Virus record (IMG/VR): IMGVR_UViG_3300028197_001049
Coordinates: 1 to 64,000 of that record
Direction: 5' to 3' (one strand)
Source of the DNA: a virus
DNA length: 64,000 nucleotides
A model generated the notes under the pieces. That model was not told the origin of the DNA and made no database searches. It saw nothing but the letters and a program-made list of their open reading frames with translations. This document shows, one piece after another, positions 40,101-49,100 of this stretch. The position numbers were made by a program, and so were the translations under genes. Each line of letters starts with the position of its first letter. Position 1 is the first letter of the stretch.

Positions 40101-40416
40101 ATATAATCGTTTCCGCAATTGCTACGAAGACTACAGTAGCAGCATTCTCTTCGCCACCACTAAAGTTAATATTACCTGATACTGGATATAACGTTTCAGT
40201 AACCCAAACATTTTCATAATCAATAGACCCAGTAACTTCATTTACAATAAAATCTTGACCTACAGGAACAATAAAATCAACGCCTACATTTACAATACTA
40301 TCAAAAAATTTCTCGCCATGATTTACCGTAGACGTAGCAACATCAGTGATGCTACCGAGATCTTCGGTCTCATATACGTGAATTTGAGATGAATCGTAAA
40401 TATAGACGTTGTTCAT
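34153..40416 (-). CDS. 2087-aa internally repetitive virion protein
   Basis: Recurrent DYGxI, GSGSLFxxG and FTPHWR motifs over the whole length. Confidence 0.75.
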   Translation of the reverse strand: MNNVYIYDSSQIHVYETEDLGSITDVATSTVNHGEKFFDSIVNVGVDFIVPVGQDFIVNEVTGSIDYENVWVTETLYPVSGNINFSGGEENAATVVFVAIAETIILRVSAIVVTKQAWAGSGTLFEIGSGLERMLAPYIGGSGGVPSLKTYGAAHDSATSSYNEDAIITYGSDADYGVVAATVGSSNDYGQVTGIVTEGETDNGTVVDVGGSNPFGLFSITGFNSNLGKIKSYSGSGSFSVLSGGVDQLEEPSGAQTYVVGRDLATGQFIRRDVIGLTFSGGNPEAFARVGYQGSGVLFGFNNGNEAKVYDYTTESAVTLEPLVENGSVASSHSTSDDYGQIAGVVTEGDADNGSVLITQTTPTFGLFKFSGGGHGAARSRDFVGSGSLSITKHIDSYGEGQSSQIAFIPHYRSRGGIVVTNHIIPDAFAKTHVGSGSLFHIGEKTERRIFSYNAEGPAPVYETIGSSDAGIVDQSAGINEDYGILTQTFTNGILDYGQLKPGFFKFGNLKITGGDRAHANPRAYLGESEINISGAATVQFSEPAVQIYVYGHRPQEASQGEFIKIIGGMSSIITSKGTYFTSGSLFSSGTVDESAVFDYNDSSIATVQTPIDNGLITASGSISDYGQISEPGYGETDLGQVIATQTTQPFGKLFELAGGDIAHANPVAYTGSIARVRITGGYSNLKFTSGAGESTVLFSTSSKGENSFSRPYIASGSLFSIGDRIERTAYSYNISSIVEVEDPTDYGSVANNATQTIDNGDFFSYALEEDRGSMWSLPGDENPLGKLFEIKGTAIEQFFPIFAWDKLSAPIRIFNDQQDPADFRFMPHWRGVPVGSPKLSNAPDGEFNTYAQARPFIGGGRLFSIGDKFESATFNYNSSSVVTFVIDDDYGSIANNSTTNINYGQIVDIVTEGEEDLGQVIITETIQPLTGLYQLSGEGDTQFFRGPYVVRPTTIRIFNEQQDPADFTFTPHWRSRPYEQGKLSGNAETPRARDFVGKGRLFGLGDKVESATFRYTTGSIVVVETPEDYGLINSNSTQNLDHGTIGSDLTPGGEVDFGQIIITETTQSATGLYKFTGNTRTQFFRGPYSGKGEISFYKGQSAATDFTFTPHWRGVPDEQFKVSGIAETPRARDFVGSGSLFHIGEKIEKAVFSYNSSSVEVFESPEEYGYITSSASTIDDYGLLTTTSGGDFDYGEIFITQTTKPYGLFRFRGGGHGAIKISTPPTNTFKLTISGTAIEKFGSQGGESTILFKTSGGEINALAKVYVGEGSLFHIGEKIEKAVFSYNSSSIVLGTTYEDFATVASTPTTTENYGSVVDAYLPPNTDHGDIVILPGNENPFGRLFEITGGDSGHKQTFAEFSSGSLFTAIGTSECVGFNPPEETFLFGFSGAAVEKHVENWVGSGNIKIKEETPLAPNAAVRFRPHWRTQHLLGTPRILGNTEVAFKGAYVSKGVFPRIYTHNQGNEWRSYRPSPRYVNSIYGKIGGSAFVYGDGDTRKINVYQYYGDLAEPGTSGSLFTFNSATEVAGYNPSTETVLFSAYGTSPSKWLPSWTSRPDGSPRLSGTPELQLRFNIFTNPEGESIAIGGDAIPVRTIVYNGSGSLFTAGSSAEVVGFNPFTDTRAFTFSGEPIVKINLRIFGGGQIFGFGGGAESTTIDAPESTVLFVSSGSANTDRSRAYEGIGTEFISGQSENIRTRAFAGEGSLFSAGSAAEVTAISKPESTVLFKASGGEANAFVRSAIAEGNITISDNLDEAFARPYIGEGSLFGFNGAAEAVTIDEESIGLFTFQGFAGVLRDRSFSGSGSLFSVGNAAEVASVAPETTGLFRISGDSDDSRTRIFAGTGSTFLSGINEESFTKGNYDGEGSFSTFGGGAEVVGFNPGEETFLYEFNGNATSTRTRGFAGSGTANVHNDTVVPIITLSFVGEGTLSTFGGAAESRTIDVENTTLFEFRNGATESFTKGNYDTEGSATISGEATDIKLTRANSGFAYVSATGDSHDTRSRAYEGSGSLFGLNGATIARAIDYDETSIGAQGEVVSTNLFTLIGNNPGSVTRITQATTAELITAGDAKTRLFLFSPPRKFGTII
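36560..37002. repeat. exact 47-bp direct repeat pair (36560-36606 and 36956-37002) inside the 2087-aa gene
   Basis: GAGAATACTGCCTTCTCAATTTTCTCTCCAATGTGGAAGAGTGATCC occurs twice. Confidence 0.9.
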
Positions 40417-40433
40417 TAAGTTCCTAAAGCATT

Positions 40434-40457
40434 AAAAGGGGGGACCTTAATCCCCCC
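40434..40457 (-). terminator. intrinsic terminator after the 390-aa gene
   Basis: GGGGGGA-TTAAGG-TCCCCCC-TTTT on the minus strand. Confidence 0.75.
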
Positions 40458-40493
40458 ACAAAGAAACAATAACAAATAGATGTACACTATATA

Positions 40494-41666
40494 TCAGTCA
40501 AGGCTGACGTTCAATGTGATCTTGATTTGGTCACCGTTGTTCTGAATTGGGTACGGACCATTTGTAAATCTTTCAGCAAACATGATGCTGCTGTGAAGAG
40601 TTAGGTCACCAGTTCCGGCAAGAGCAGGAGTGGTATGGAATGTATTCGCATCAGGTACTTCAAATACAGTATATGTAGCAGCAACAGCCGTTGAAGTTGA
40701 ACCTTGAGCGATGTAGAGAACATCACCAACAGTTAGACTATGACCAGTAGCAGTTACTTTACTAAAGCTAAGTTGAATTTCTTCATCAGTAGCAGTCTGA
40801 ATGTTATCAGTCAGGTTAGCACTGAGATAGATAATTCTCTGAAGACGATCAATACCGATGATAGTTGTAGCAGCAGGAACAGCATTGTTATTGCCAACAA
40901 CTTGTCCAACTGTGATATCATCCATGATACCAGCAACGGCAGGCAGAGTGATGAAGTTTTGTCCAACAACACCAGCACAAGGATCAGCGTTAGTACCCTT
41001 TGAAAGAACTGTACCAGCAGCTGCAGCAGCAGCGTCAAGAACACCGTGAATGCTCAGAGGCATGTTGTTTGCACGAGCCAGATAGTAACCATAAATGTTA
41101 CCAGCAGCAGCAGAGAATGTAAATACCTGCTCGGGATATGTAGCGGTAGTTACTCCACCAGTGAAGTTGATTGAGCCTGAAACAGCACCAGAGTTAGCAA
41201 CAGTCATGACGACAGTTGAACCGTCTACTCTAGATACTTTAGCGCCTGCGCCAATACCAGTACCACTGATAAGATTGCCTACACTGATTGTACCAGTTAC
41301 ACTAGCAACTGAAATAGTGAATGCACCTGAAGAACCAGTACCAGTACCAGAAGCAATAGGATCTCCAGCAGTGGAGATTGCCCAACGGTTACCATTCAGA
41401 AGAATACCATACATGTTGGTGTAGGTCTGGTCTGAACGATTATCAACACCTGTTGGATAATCCGTGTTTGCAGCAGTGCCATATCCATTGGTATTACCAT
41501 CGGCATATGGTTCATAATAAGCAGTCTGTGAAGGGACATCGCCCTCAGCAGGTGTTGTATTAGACGTAAAAAGTTTAAGAACTAAGTTTCTGGGAATCTG
41601 GTGAGTGGCGTTTAGAAGATAACGCAGCGACTCCAGTTCACCAATATTTGGTACTAAAAGTGCCAT
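40494..41666 (-). CDS. virion structural protein (tail-fibre-associated family)
   Basis: MALLVPNIGE...LKLFTSNTTPAEGD...IYGYY...AERF..GPYPIQNNGDQIKIT; GGAGG SD; TATAAATA at 41707-41714. Confidence 0.7.
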   Translation of the reverse strand: MALLVPNIGELESLRYLLNATHQIPRNLVLKLFTSNTTPAEGDVPSQTAYYEPYADGNTNGYGTAANTDYPTGVDNRSDQTYTNMYGILLNGNRWAISTAGDPIASGTGTGSSGAFTISVASVTGTISVGNLISGTGIGAGAKVSRVDGSTVVMTVANSGAVSGSINFTGGVTTATYPEQVFTFSAAAGNIYGYYLARANNMPLSIHGVLDAAAAAAGTVLSKGTNADPCAGVVGQNFITLPAVAGIMDDITVGQVVGNNNAVPAATTIIGIDRLQRIIYLSANLTDNIQTATDEEIQLSFSKVTATGHSLTVGDVLYIAQGSTSTAVAATYTVFEVPDANTFHTTPALAGTGDLTLHSSIMFAERFTNGPYPIQNNGDQIKITLNVSLD

Positions 41667-41709
41667 TTAAAATTTTCCTCCAAGGACATTTGATGTTTAT
41701 CTGTTATAT

Positions 41710-42414
41710 TTATAATTTTACTTTCAAAGCGATAGCAAAATTTTTGAGTGATACTGTTGTATTTATAACTTCATATTGTATGATGTCCCCTGCATTTAAT
41801 TGAGTGGTCCATCCAGTCAATGTAATATCAGTATTTTTTAACGTTCCATTCAGTTGGGGCGTGTTACCACCACAAATTGTTATGGTATTAGGATAGTCCG
41901 CAAAAGTACATTTTCTAATATCAACCTCTAATGTTCCAACAGCATCAGCAATCAAAATCCATGATTGTATGACGCCAGTAACATCAATGGTTAGATAACC
42001 TTTGTTACCGTTTGTCATGGGTCTAGTTCCATTATCTACAACGTAGTTAATAGTTCTAGTCAGATCAGCGGTATTCGCTAATGCAATTCCAAAAAATGGC
42101 ACACTTGTGCTCGCGGGTGCAGTTGCAAATGTAATCTGGTTTCCAGATATTGTATAACCCACCCCAGGTTGAAGAATAGTATTATTCATAGAAATGATCA
42201 ATTGTTGATCATTTAATGCACTATATGTTTCTCCAGAAACTGCCAGTTGAAAGACTGTCTGTGCTCCATCAAACTGAGATGAAAGATCATCCAGAATTAA
42301 ATTCTGATACTGGATACCTTTTGAGGGCGCTTCATAATTAAGACCAATACTGTAATCAGCATCATCTCCTTGAGTTACAGTAAAATTTGTCGTATTAATT
42401 TGATAATTTGACAC
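41710..42414 (-). CDS. virion structural protein
   Basis: LDDLSSQFDG...LIISMNNTILQPG..YTISG..ITFATAP module, also seen in the gp7-like protein. Confidence 0.65.
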   Translation of the reverse strand: MSNYQINTTNFTVTQGDDADYSIGLNYEAPSKGIQYQNLILDDLSSQFDGAQTVFQLAVSGETYSALNDQQLIISMNNTILQPGVGYTISGNQITFATAPASTSVPFFGIALANTADLTRTINYVVDNGTRPMTNGNKGYLTIDVTGVIQSWILIADAVGTLEVDIRKCTFADYPNTITICGGNTPQLNGTLKNTDITLTGWTTQLNAGDIIQYEVINTTVSLKNFAIALKVKL

Positions 42415-42752
42415 TAGACTGTCACTCCCGGCGTTACTGTTGCAATACCCTCAATAAATCTAGTCTTCACACCACTGGCAGAAGTCAAGACAATATCGTA
42501 AACATATCGCCTTGGTTTCAATGCAGTAGTAACGGTATCAGTTAGACTAATCATCATTATTCCTTTACTTCTATCAGTAAAAGTAACAGCAAATGAAGTT
42601 GCCGCACTTGAAGTATAATAACTTGTCTTCAATTTAGCTTCTGCAGTAAACCCTAAAAGATTTACTGGATTGCTATCTGAATTCTTGATAGTAAAGCTTG
42701 CTGAAAAGTCAGTACCTTGCTCTATCACTAAATTAATTGTAATTGCAGACAT
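42414..42752 (-). CDS. small virion structural protein (Ig/BppU-N-like)
   Basis: NLVIEQGTDF...RYVYDI...RFIEGIATVTPGVT. Confidence 0.65.
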   Translation of the reverse strand: MSAITINLVIEQGTDFSASFTIKNSDSNPVNLLGFTAEAKLKTSYYTSSAATSFAVTFTDRSKGIMMISLTDTVTTALKPRRYVYDIVLTSASGVKTRFIEGIATVTPGVTV

Positions 42753-42757
42753 GTACT

Positions 42758-42791
42758 AAAAAAGACCTTCTTTCTTATTTATAAGAAGGTC
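42758..42791 (-). terminator. terminator hairpin with the late promoter in its loop
   Basis: Minus strand GACCTTCTT-ATAAATAAGA-AAGAAGGTC-TTTTTT; TATAAATA at 42776-42783. Confidence 0.75.
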
Positions 42792-42798
42792 CCATTAA

Positions 42799-43035
42799 TT
42801 ACTCAGGAAGATTATTTAACTCATCTTCAGGAACTACTTCAAATGCGGGTGAATCTTCTTTCGTAGTAACTTCAGTAGGTTCTTGTAAAAGATCTAAAGC
42901 TTCAACAGCTCCTTTTAATTTAAGTGCTAATTCTTTTTTAGTAAGAACTTCAGTTTCTAGTTTTTTAATTTCTTCAACTGCGGAATTAAATTGAGAGATA
43001 AAATTTTCGCGCAATGCGCTTGGATCAACAGACAT
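42799..43035 (-). CDS. small coiled-coil hypothetical protein
   Basis: LRENFISQFNSAVEEIKKLE...LKLKGAVEALDLL. Confidence 0.65.
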   Translation of the reverse strand: MSVDPSALRENFISQFNSAVEEIKKLETEVLTKKELALKLKGAVEALDLLQEPTEVTTKEDSPAFEVVPEDELNNLPE

Positions 43036-43058
43036 GGTATTACTTAGTTTCAGTTGTA

Positions 43059-43087
43059 ATTATACTACAATTTATTTAGTCTGTCAA
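43059..43087 (-). promoter_or_regulatory. consensus sigma70 promoter with embedded late box
   Basis: TTGACA-N17-TATAAT; spacer contains CTAAATA. Confidence 0.8.
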
Positions 43088-43104
43088 GAATACTTAGGGG
43101 CACA

Positions 43105-43926
43105 TCATTGATCTGCTGTCAATGTAGATGGGAATGATCTACCACTTCCCCAAATAATTCTAACAGCTCCACCCCCACCATCGCCACCGGTAGCATTAGA
43201 AATGTTATCAGAACAACCACCGCCGCCACCATGGACACCACCATTAGATCCATTTGTGTATGATGTTCCTGTTGTTCCACCAGAACCACCCGTTCCTCCA
43301 GAGAAACCACCCGTTCCGTTAGATCCTTCCCCATAAATTCCTACACCACCACCGCTACTAAATCCGCCGCCACCACCGCCACCAGATCCATTGCCATGGG
43401 ATCCTCCGTTAGTTGCTGAGCTACCACCATTTCCAGAATAACCACCAGCACCACCACCACCACCGTATCCACCGCCGCCGCCAGAAGCGTAAGATCCATC
43501 ACCACCATTACCACCACCATCTCCAGTATAAGTGCCGCCAGTAGAAGTAGTGCTAGTATCTCCAAAATCTCCACCACCACCTTTTACTGTTGATGTATTA
43601 ATAAAATAACTATCTGTCCCTGCTGTAGGACTAGTGCTATCGCTTCCGCCAACACCAACAACCACAGTATATGACTGACCAGGAGTTACCGAAATATTAT
43701 TTTTCCAACCAAGACCGCCGCCGCCTCCACCAGATCCATATTGACCTATCCCACCAGCTCCAGAATAAGGAGTAGAACCACCGCCTCCACCAACAGCAAC
43801 TACACTTACTGAATCCACGCCAGTAGGAGCAGTCCAAGAAAACGCTCCAGAACTTGTGTATTCTGCTTGACCTGTAACATCACCAGCGGATCCACCATAA
43901 CCAAGTAAAAGTTGCTGCATTATCAT
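43105..43926 (-). CDS. glycine-rich fibre-tip/adhesin-like protein
   Basis: SWTAPTGV.SVSVVAVGGGGG, many GGGGG runs, GGGGAVRIIW; translationally coupled to the fibre gene. Confidence 0.75.
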   Translation of the reverse strand: MIMQQLLLGYGGSAGDVTGQAEYTSSGAFSWTAPTGVDSVSVVAVGGGGGSTPYSGAGGIGQYGSGGGGGGLGWKNNISVTPGQSYTVVVGVGGSDSTSPTAGTDSYFINTSTVKGGGGDFGDTSTTSTGGTYTGDGGGNGGDGSYASGGGGGYGGGGGAGGYSGNGGSSATNGGSHGNGSGGGGGGGFSSGGGVGIYGEGSNGTGGFSGGTGGSGGTTGTSYTNGSNGGVHGGGGGCSDNISNATGGDGGGGAVRIIWGSGRSFPSTLTADQ

Positions 43927-45917
43927 TAGCTTAACCCCCCACCAGAAATAATAAATTCATTACTAGCACTACAAAGAATGGTACATAAACCTTTTGCGGC
44001 TAGCGTCCTGTTACCAGTATTTGAAGTACCTGCCTGATACATCGTAACTCCTCCTGCTGGCGCAATAGTTATATCACCTGCTGAGGCATTAAATACACTA
44101 CACATATCACCTGCTGTCAATGTACTTGCAGGAACAGTTACTGTTGTACCACTGGCAGTCATTCTGCTTAAATAACTTACATGTGCAGTTGTAAGACTAA
44201 TATTGACGCCAGCACCTGCATGAATTCCAAGTCTTCCCACGATGGTGCCATCGGCAAGAATTTTTGCTGCTGCGCCAGTACCGTCAATAGCAGTAGGACT
44301 TACATAGAAACCATTAGCTAGGAATAGATGAGCTGAGTTAGTACCACTATTGTTGACATTGCCGAGACGAACAAGTACGTCACTACCTACGTTATTTGAG
44401 TGATCTACTCTTACAGTGTTAGCAAACGTGGCAGTTCCGATAGAATTGAGGTTGCCGTTGCCTGCATCAATAGACAATTTTGCGTCAGTAACTATCTGTG
44501 AAGAGGTGCCTATCAGCAGTGAACCATATTTGCTGATAGCACTGTACAAACCAACTGGAGTGTCAGATCCTTTTACTGCAAAACCAATATTACTTTCCCA
44601 AACTCCAGTGGTATTACTATAAGCAATCGTCTTGTCTGTCGTAGCTTTCAATGTAATTCCGCCACCGTCAGCCAGAGCATCGGAGGGAACAGATGTTACA
44701 CCCAACTCAATATTTTTATCGTCTACCTGTAGATTTGTAGTACCGATTGTAGTGGTAGTACCTGTAATATCAAGATTACCAATAACATAAACATCCTTAT
44801 AAATTAGGATTTTTTCATCAGAATTTGTCGTGGTAAACTTAATATAATCGTTAGTTCCTTCTTTGATTGTTAATGCAGATGACTCATTATCTTTGATGAG
44901 AAAGTCAGTAGCAGAGTTAGTTACATCAATGTTAGTCTGAACTTTTAGAGTATTCTGAATCGTTGTAGTTCCAGAACCAGCAAGGGCACCAATTTTTACA
45001 TCACCTTGAGTAATAAACAAATCAACAGTGTTTTGGGACGAAAGAAGTTCTCCGCCATTAATTGCTAAGTCTCCAGAAAGAACTACATCATCACTTAAAA
45101 TGTTTAAATTAGTATTGACTCCAAGACTACCGGCCATGCCCATAGTAATGTCTTCAGCAGCACCAAGGAAATTTACATTAGTACTATTAGTATTAAATAA
45201 ATCTAAATTAGGTGAGAAACTTTTAATATTACTATTTCTAATAGTAAAACTACCTGCTGATTGCTGACCCATTATAATGGTGGTAGCATCACCAAATGCT
45301 TCTACAGTTGTTGCATAATCATCAAATAAATTAACTGATGATGTTGTTGACGGAACTCTAATATCACCAGAATCTACTTGAAGATGTCCAGTAAATGTTG
45401 AATTCTCATCAACTTGTAAAGTATCAATATTCGCAGTACCAGTAATATAAAGATCATTCCACTCTTTTCCAGTACTACCTAAGTTCCAACTTGCAGTAGT
45501 ATCTGGAATAATACTTGAGTTTATGTCCGCATTAAAGACAACATTATCAGTATCAAGATCACCAAATGTTAATGTGCCACCTGATCCATTACCTGCTCTA
45601 AATGTAATATCTCCATCTACTTCTAAGTTACCAGTAACAGCAAGACTGGTACTCAGACCAATTTTATTTGCATCTACCTTATAAAAACCTTGTCCAGAAT
45701 CCCAGAATAAACTTGGTGATGCTAGTGTACCATCATCCATCCCATGAGTCTGGTTAATTAAATCAACATCTCCATTGACAATTTCATTAATACCACTTAC
45801 AACCTCATTAGTTGGTGTCAGTAAAGTTGAAACATCTCCAATATCCACACCAATGAAGTTAATCATCTGGCGTTGTTGTTCAAATGTAAAACTGACTAGT
45901 ACTTCTCTAATTGCCAT
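43926..45917 (-). CDS. tail fibre protein
   Basis: TFEQQRQMIN N-terminus, GNLxVxG repeats, VDDKNIELG...ADGGGITLK, C-terminal FIISGGGLS. Confidence 0.78.
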   Translation of the reverse strand: MAIREVLVSFTFEQQRQMINFIGVDIGDVSTLLTPTNEVVSGINEIVNGDVDLINQTHGMDDGTLASPSLFWDSGQGFYKVDANKIGLSTSLAVTGNLEVDGDITFRAGNGSGGTLTFGDLDTDNVVFNADINSSIIPDTTASWNLGSTGKEWNDLYITGTANIDTLQVDENSTFTGHLQVDSGDIRVPSTTSSVNLFDDYATTVEAFGDATTIIMGQQSAGSFTIRNSNIKSFSPNLDLFNTNSTNVNFLGAAEDITMGMAGSLGVNTNLNILSDDVVLSGDLAINGGELLSSQNTVDLFITQGDVKIGALAGSGTTTIQNTLKVQTNIDVTNSATDFLIKDNESSALTIKEGTNDYIKFTTTNSDEKILIYKDVYVIGNLDITGTTTTIGTTNLQVDDKNIELGVTSVPSDALADGGGITLKATTDKTIAYSNTTGVWESNIGFAVKGSDTPVGLYSAISKYGSLLIGTSSQIVTDAKLSIDAGNGNLNSIGTATFANTVRVDHSNNVGSDVLVRLGNVNNSGTNSAHLFLANGFYVSPTAIDGTGAAAKILADGTIVGRLGIHAGAGVNISLTTAHVSYLSRMTASGTTVTVPASTLTAGDMCSVFNASAGDITIAPAGGVTMYQAGTSNTGNRTLAAKGLCTILCSASNEFIISGGGLS

Positions 45918-46113
45918 TGGTAAGTTTCTTTAGTAACTGCTTGATTTCATCAAGTTCTTGCTTCAAAGTATTTATCTCTGAAACCATCCCTTCTCTATTT
46001 GCTTTTGCCTCAATATAATTTTCATAATCAGTACTATTAAAATTGATCACAGCACCAGTTTTAGAATCCCGATATAAATTGCTATGACCATCTACTTTAA
46101 TTTTATCTATCAT
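45907..46113 (-). CDS. small conserved T4-like phage protein
   Basis: KVDGHSNLYRDSKTGAVIN...LKQELDEIKQLL. Confidence 0.7.
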   Translation of the reverse strand: MIDKIKVDGHSNLYRDSKTGAVINFNSTDYENYIEAKANREGMVSEINTLKQELDEIKQLLKKLTNGN

Positions 46114-49100
46114 GAACTAGCAATAACACGAAGATCTTCAATTCTTGGAGCAAGTGCAGGATTATCACCGATAAAAATAATTTTAATAGCGAATGATGAG
46201 AATGGTTTCATATTATTTGAACTATATGCATATTCTAAATAAGATTCTAGATCTTCAACTGAAGGTGATAAAGATTTAAAGTTATTTGGAATAACTTCAG
46301 TATTTTTATCTGAAAGACCAGTTCCATTAAAGTACTCCCACACTAAATCATTGAAGTTTTCATTGCTTCCATCAGGGCGAATTTTATACATTACTTTGAC
46401 GTTATCATTACTGAATACATTAGCAGTAATCTTACAGTCAATAGATGTAGCTGGATTATCTAAAGTAACTTCTTTAGTTAAATATTTAGATGCAGAAGAT
46501 CCATTAAATCTATCTTCTTCAACAAATAAGAATCCTTTAGAATCAGTTACTCCAGTGATTGCTCTAGATGCTTGAGGAGATTGTCCCGCTCCGCTGTCAT
46601 CAATAAGGTCACCAACCACAAAAAGATTAGGTGTAGTCAGTTTTACTTTGAGTGATCCTGTTCCAGAATCCCATCCAATAACAATTCCTGATTTAATGGT
46701 TTGAGAGTCTAACTGAGCAGATACTGCTGATTGGGCAATTGGATTTGATGGTATAAACTCACCAATAACATCAATGACAGTTAATGTGTTGTCGCTAAGA
46801 TTGACATTAACAATTTGACCAGATGCACCATTTGACGCCTGTGTCAATCTAGTTGCAGTATCAACTGTATTAGTAAAGTTTCCACCAGTTGCTTGACTAA
46901 ATGTCATGACAGATGTTCCTACAATATCTGGAGTGATTGTAGAAACTGAGAAATTTGAACTAGAAGAAACGGTTAAAGTTTGAGAGATTGTACCAAATCT
47001 ATCCTCATTTCCTGTTGGTTTATCAATTCTACTAGAGACAGTGATCAAATTAGATCTTTCAACGTCAAAAACTGGCGATACATTATCTCTATTTGTAGAT
47101 AGAGATACAGTATAGAGAATTGATTTATTACCATTAAGTTTTGACGAACCTGCTCTTAAAGATTCATTGATTGGTGATGCAATAACTCTACTATCTTCAT
47201 AATAATAGTTGTCATTTGCTGTAATTGAATTTACTGTTCCGAGAGAATACTCATTAGTTGTAGCAGAATCTACTGCTTTGCCATAAGCAGTTCTAATTGT
47301 TTGAGAGACACTTGATGATGGGAATGTCAGAGTTGAGACTTGTGGAGATACAACTTGGAATAATTTATTTGTCGTGGATCTAATTGCAGTACCACCACCA
47401 GAACCACTACCAGTCATAGCAACATTAGCAGCATTCCAAAGAGTACTGTCAATCTGAATACAATATTCATCAAGTCCTACATTCTGAACATTATGGAGAC
47501 CATTAATCAAAGTAACTGGAATACCGTAAATGGCATTTTGAGCACCTGATCCAATAACGTTATCCAAGATAACTAAATCTCCTTCTGTCATGCCATGGTT
47601 AGGATGAGAGATACGAAGAACTTTTTGATTAGCACCAAATTTTTGAGAAGTTCCCTCAATATTATCAACAAAAATTGGATTGTCTGGTAAGTCTACAGAA
47701 CCTAGATCTTCATTGACTAATTCAATATTTGCAGTAGATGTAGTATTGAATACACATCTGTTTGCACTAAATTTAAGATCTTGTAAATCATCCTCAGACC
47801 AAGATCCAGAATTTTGAGATTTGAACAGAGACCCTACATTTGGAGATGATGACGCAACTGCCACACTATTGAGAATACTTTCCCCAACTACCGAAGTATA
47901 TAATTCATAATCTTGAGAAGATGATGTTACTACAATTGCATATGTTGAATCATTTTGAAGATATACTGGACCATCAAACAAGAACTTAGAAGCAGAAGTT
48001 GCATCACTAGAGATTGAAATGCCCATACGAACTGCTGGATCAGTGATTCTCAAGATAGCAGTTGCAGTTGCGAGGCTATCACCACCAGAAATAGAAACAG
48101 TTGGGGCAGTATAGTAATTTTTACCTTTATTAGTAACATCTACTTTATAAATTCTACCGTCATAAATTTTTGCTGAGGCAGTTGCAGAAGTACCAAAAGT
48201 TCCACCGACATCACCAATAATAGTTATTGATGTTGTTCCTGTAGTATACGCAGATCCAAAAGTATCAACTTGAATATCTTCAATAATACCAGAATCTTCG
48301 TCAATATTAAATACTGTTGCAGTAATAGATGGGGATCTATTTACATTAAACTCCTCTCCTGCAATAAAGTTAATTCCATTATGATTTGAAAGAATTAAAT
48401 TATATCTTGTTGATGCAGAAGTTAAGATAAGATTACCCTTAATAGTTCCTGATGCACCAGATGTCTTACCAGTAATTGTTTCTCCTTGAAGAAGAGTAAG
48501 ACCAGTAGGGACATCATTTGTCATCTTAATTCTGAGAGTAGTATCTGCAGACAATGTAGTTTCACTGAAAGGAAGAACATTTCTTGTAGGAATTCCTCCG
48601 TTTGTTTCTGTCAGATACATTGAAACAGGTCTAAGCGTATCTTCCCCAGTTGGAGTTGCTTTATTTGAGAAGAACAAATCAATACTAGAAATAAATATGC
48701 CATCTTCAAATCCAGACACTGTAAATGTTTGTGCCATAGGATCTAAAAGTCCAGACTGATTAGATCCAGATAATGAACTATTTACATACTGGACACTATC
48801 AGAATTTGAAGGTGACCTTCTGTAGATGTAGGGAACTCTTGTGGAAGAAATTGTGGGACTTGTAGTCTCTGGAATACCCGATACTGTATAAGGAGATTCT
48901 GCAAAAGTAATGACATTTTCTGAATTTCCACTATTTGTGCTGCTGGATGTTAATCTAAACGATTTACTACCAACAACAAAAGATTTCTTAACACTAGACG
49001 TATCGTAGAATGTTGAAATATTAGTGGAAAAATCAAGAGTTTTCTTATTTTTTAATGGAGCAAATCCATTAGGAATTAAGAAAATACCACTAATATTTCC

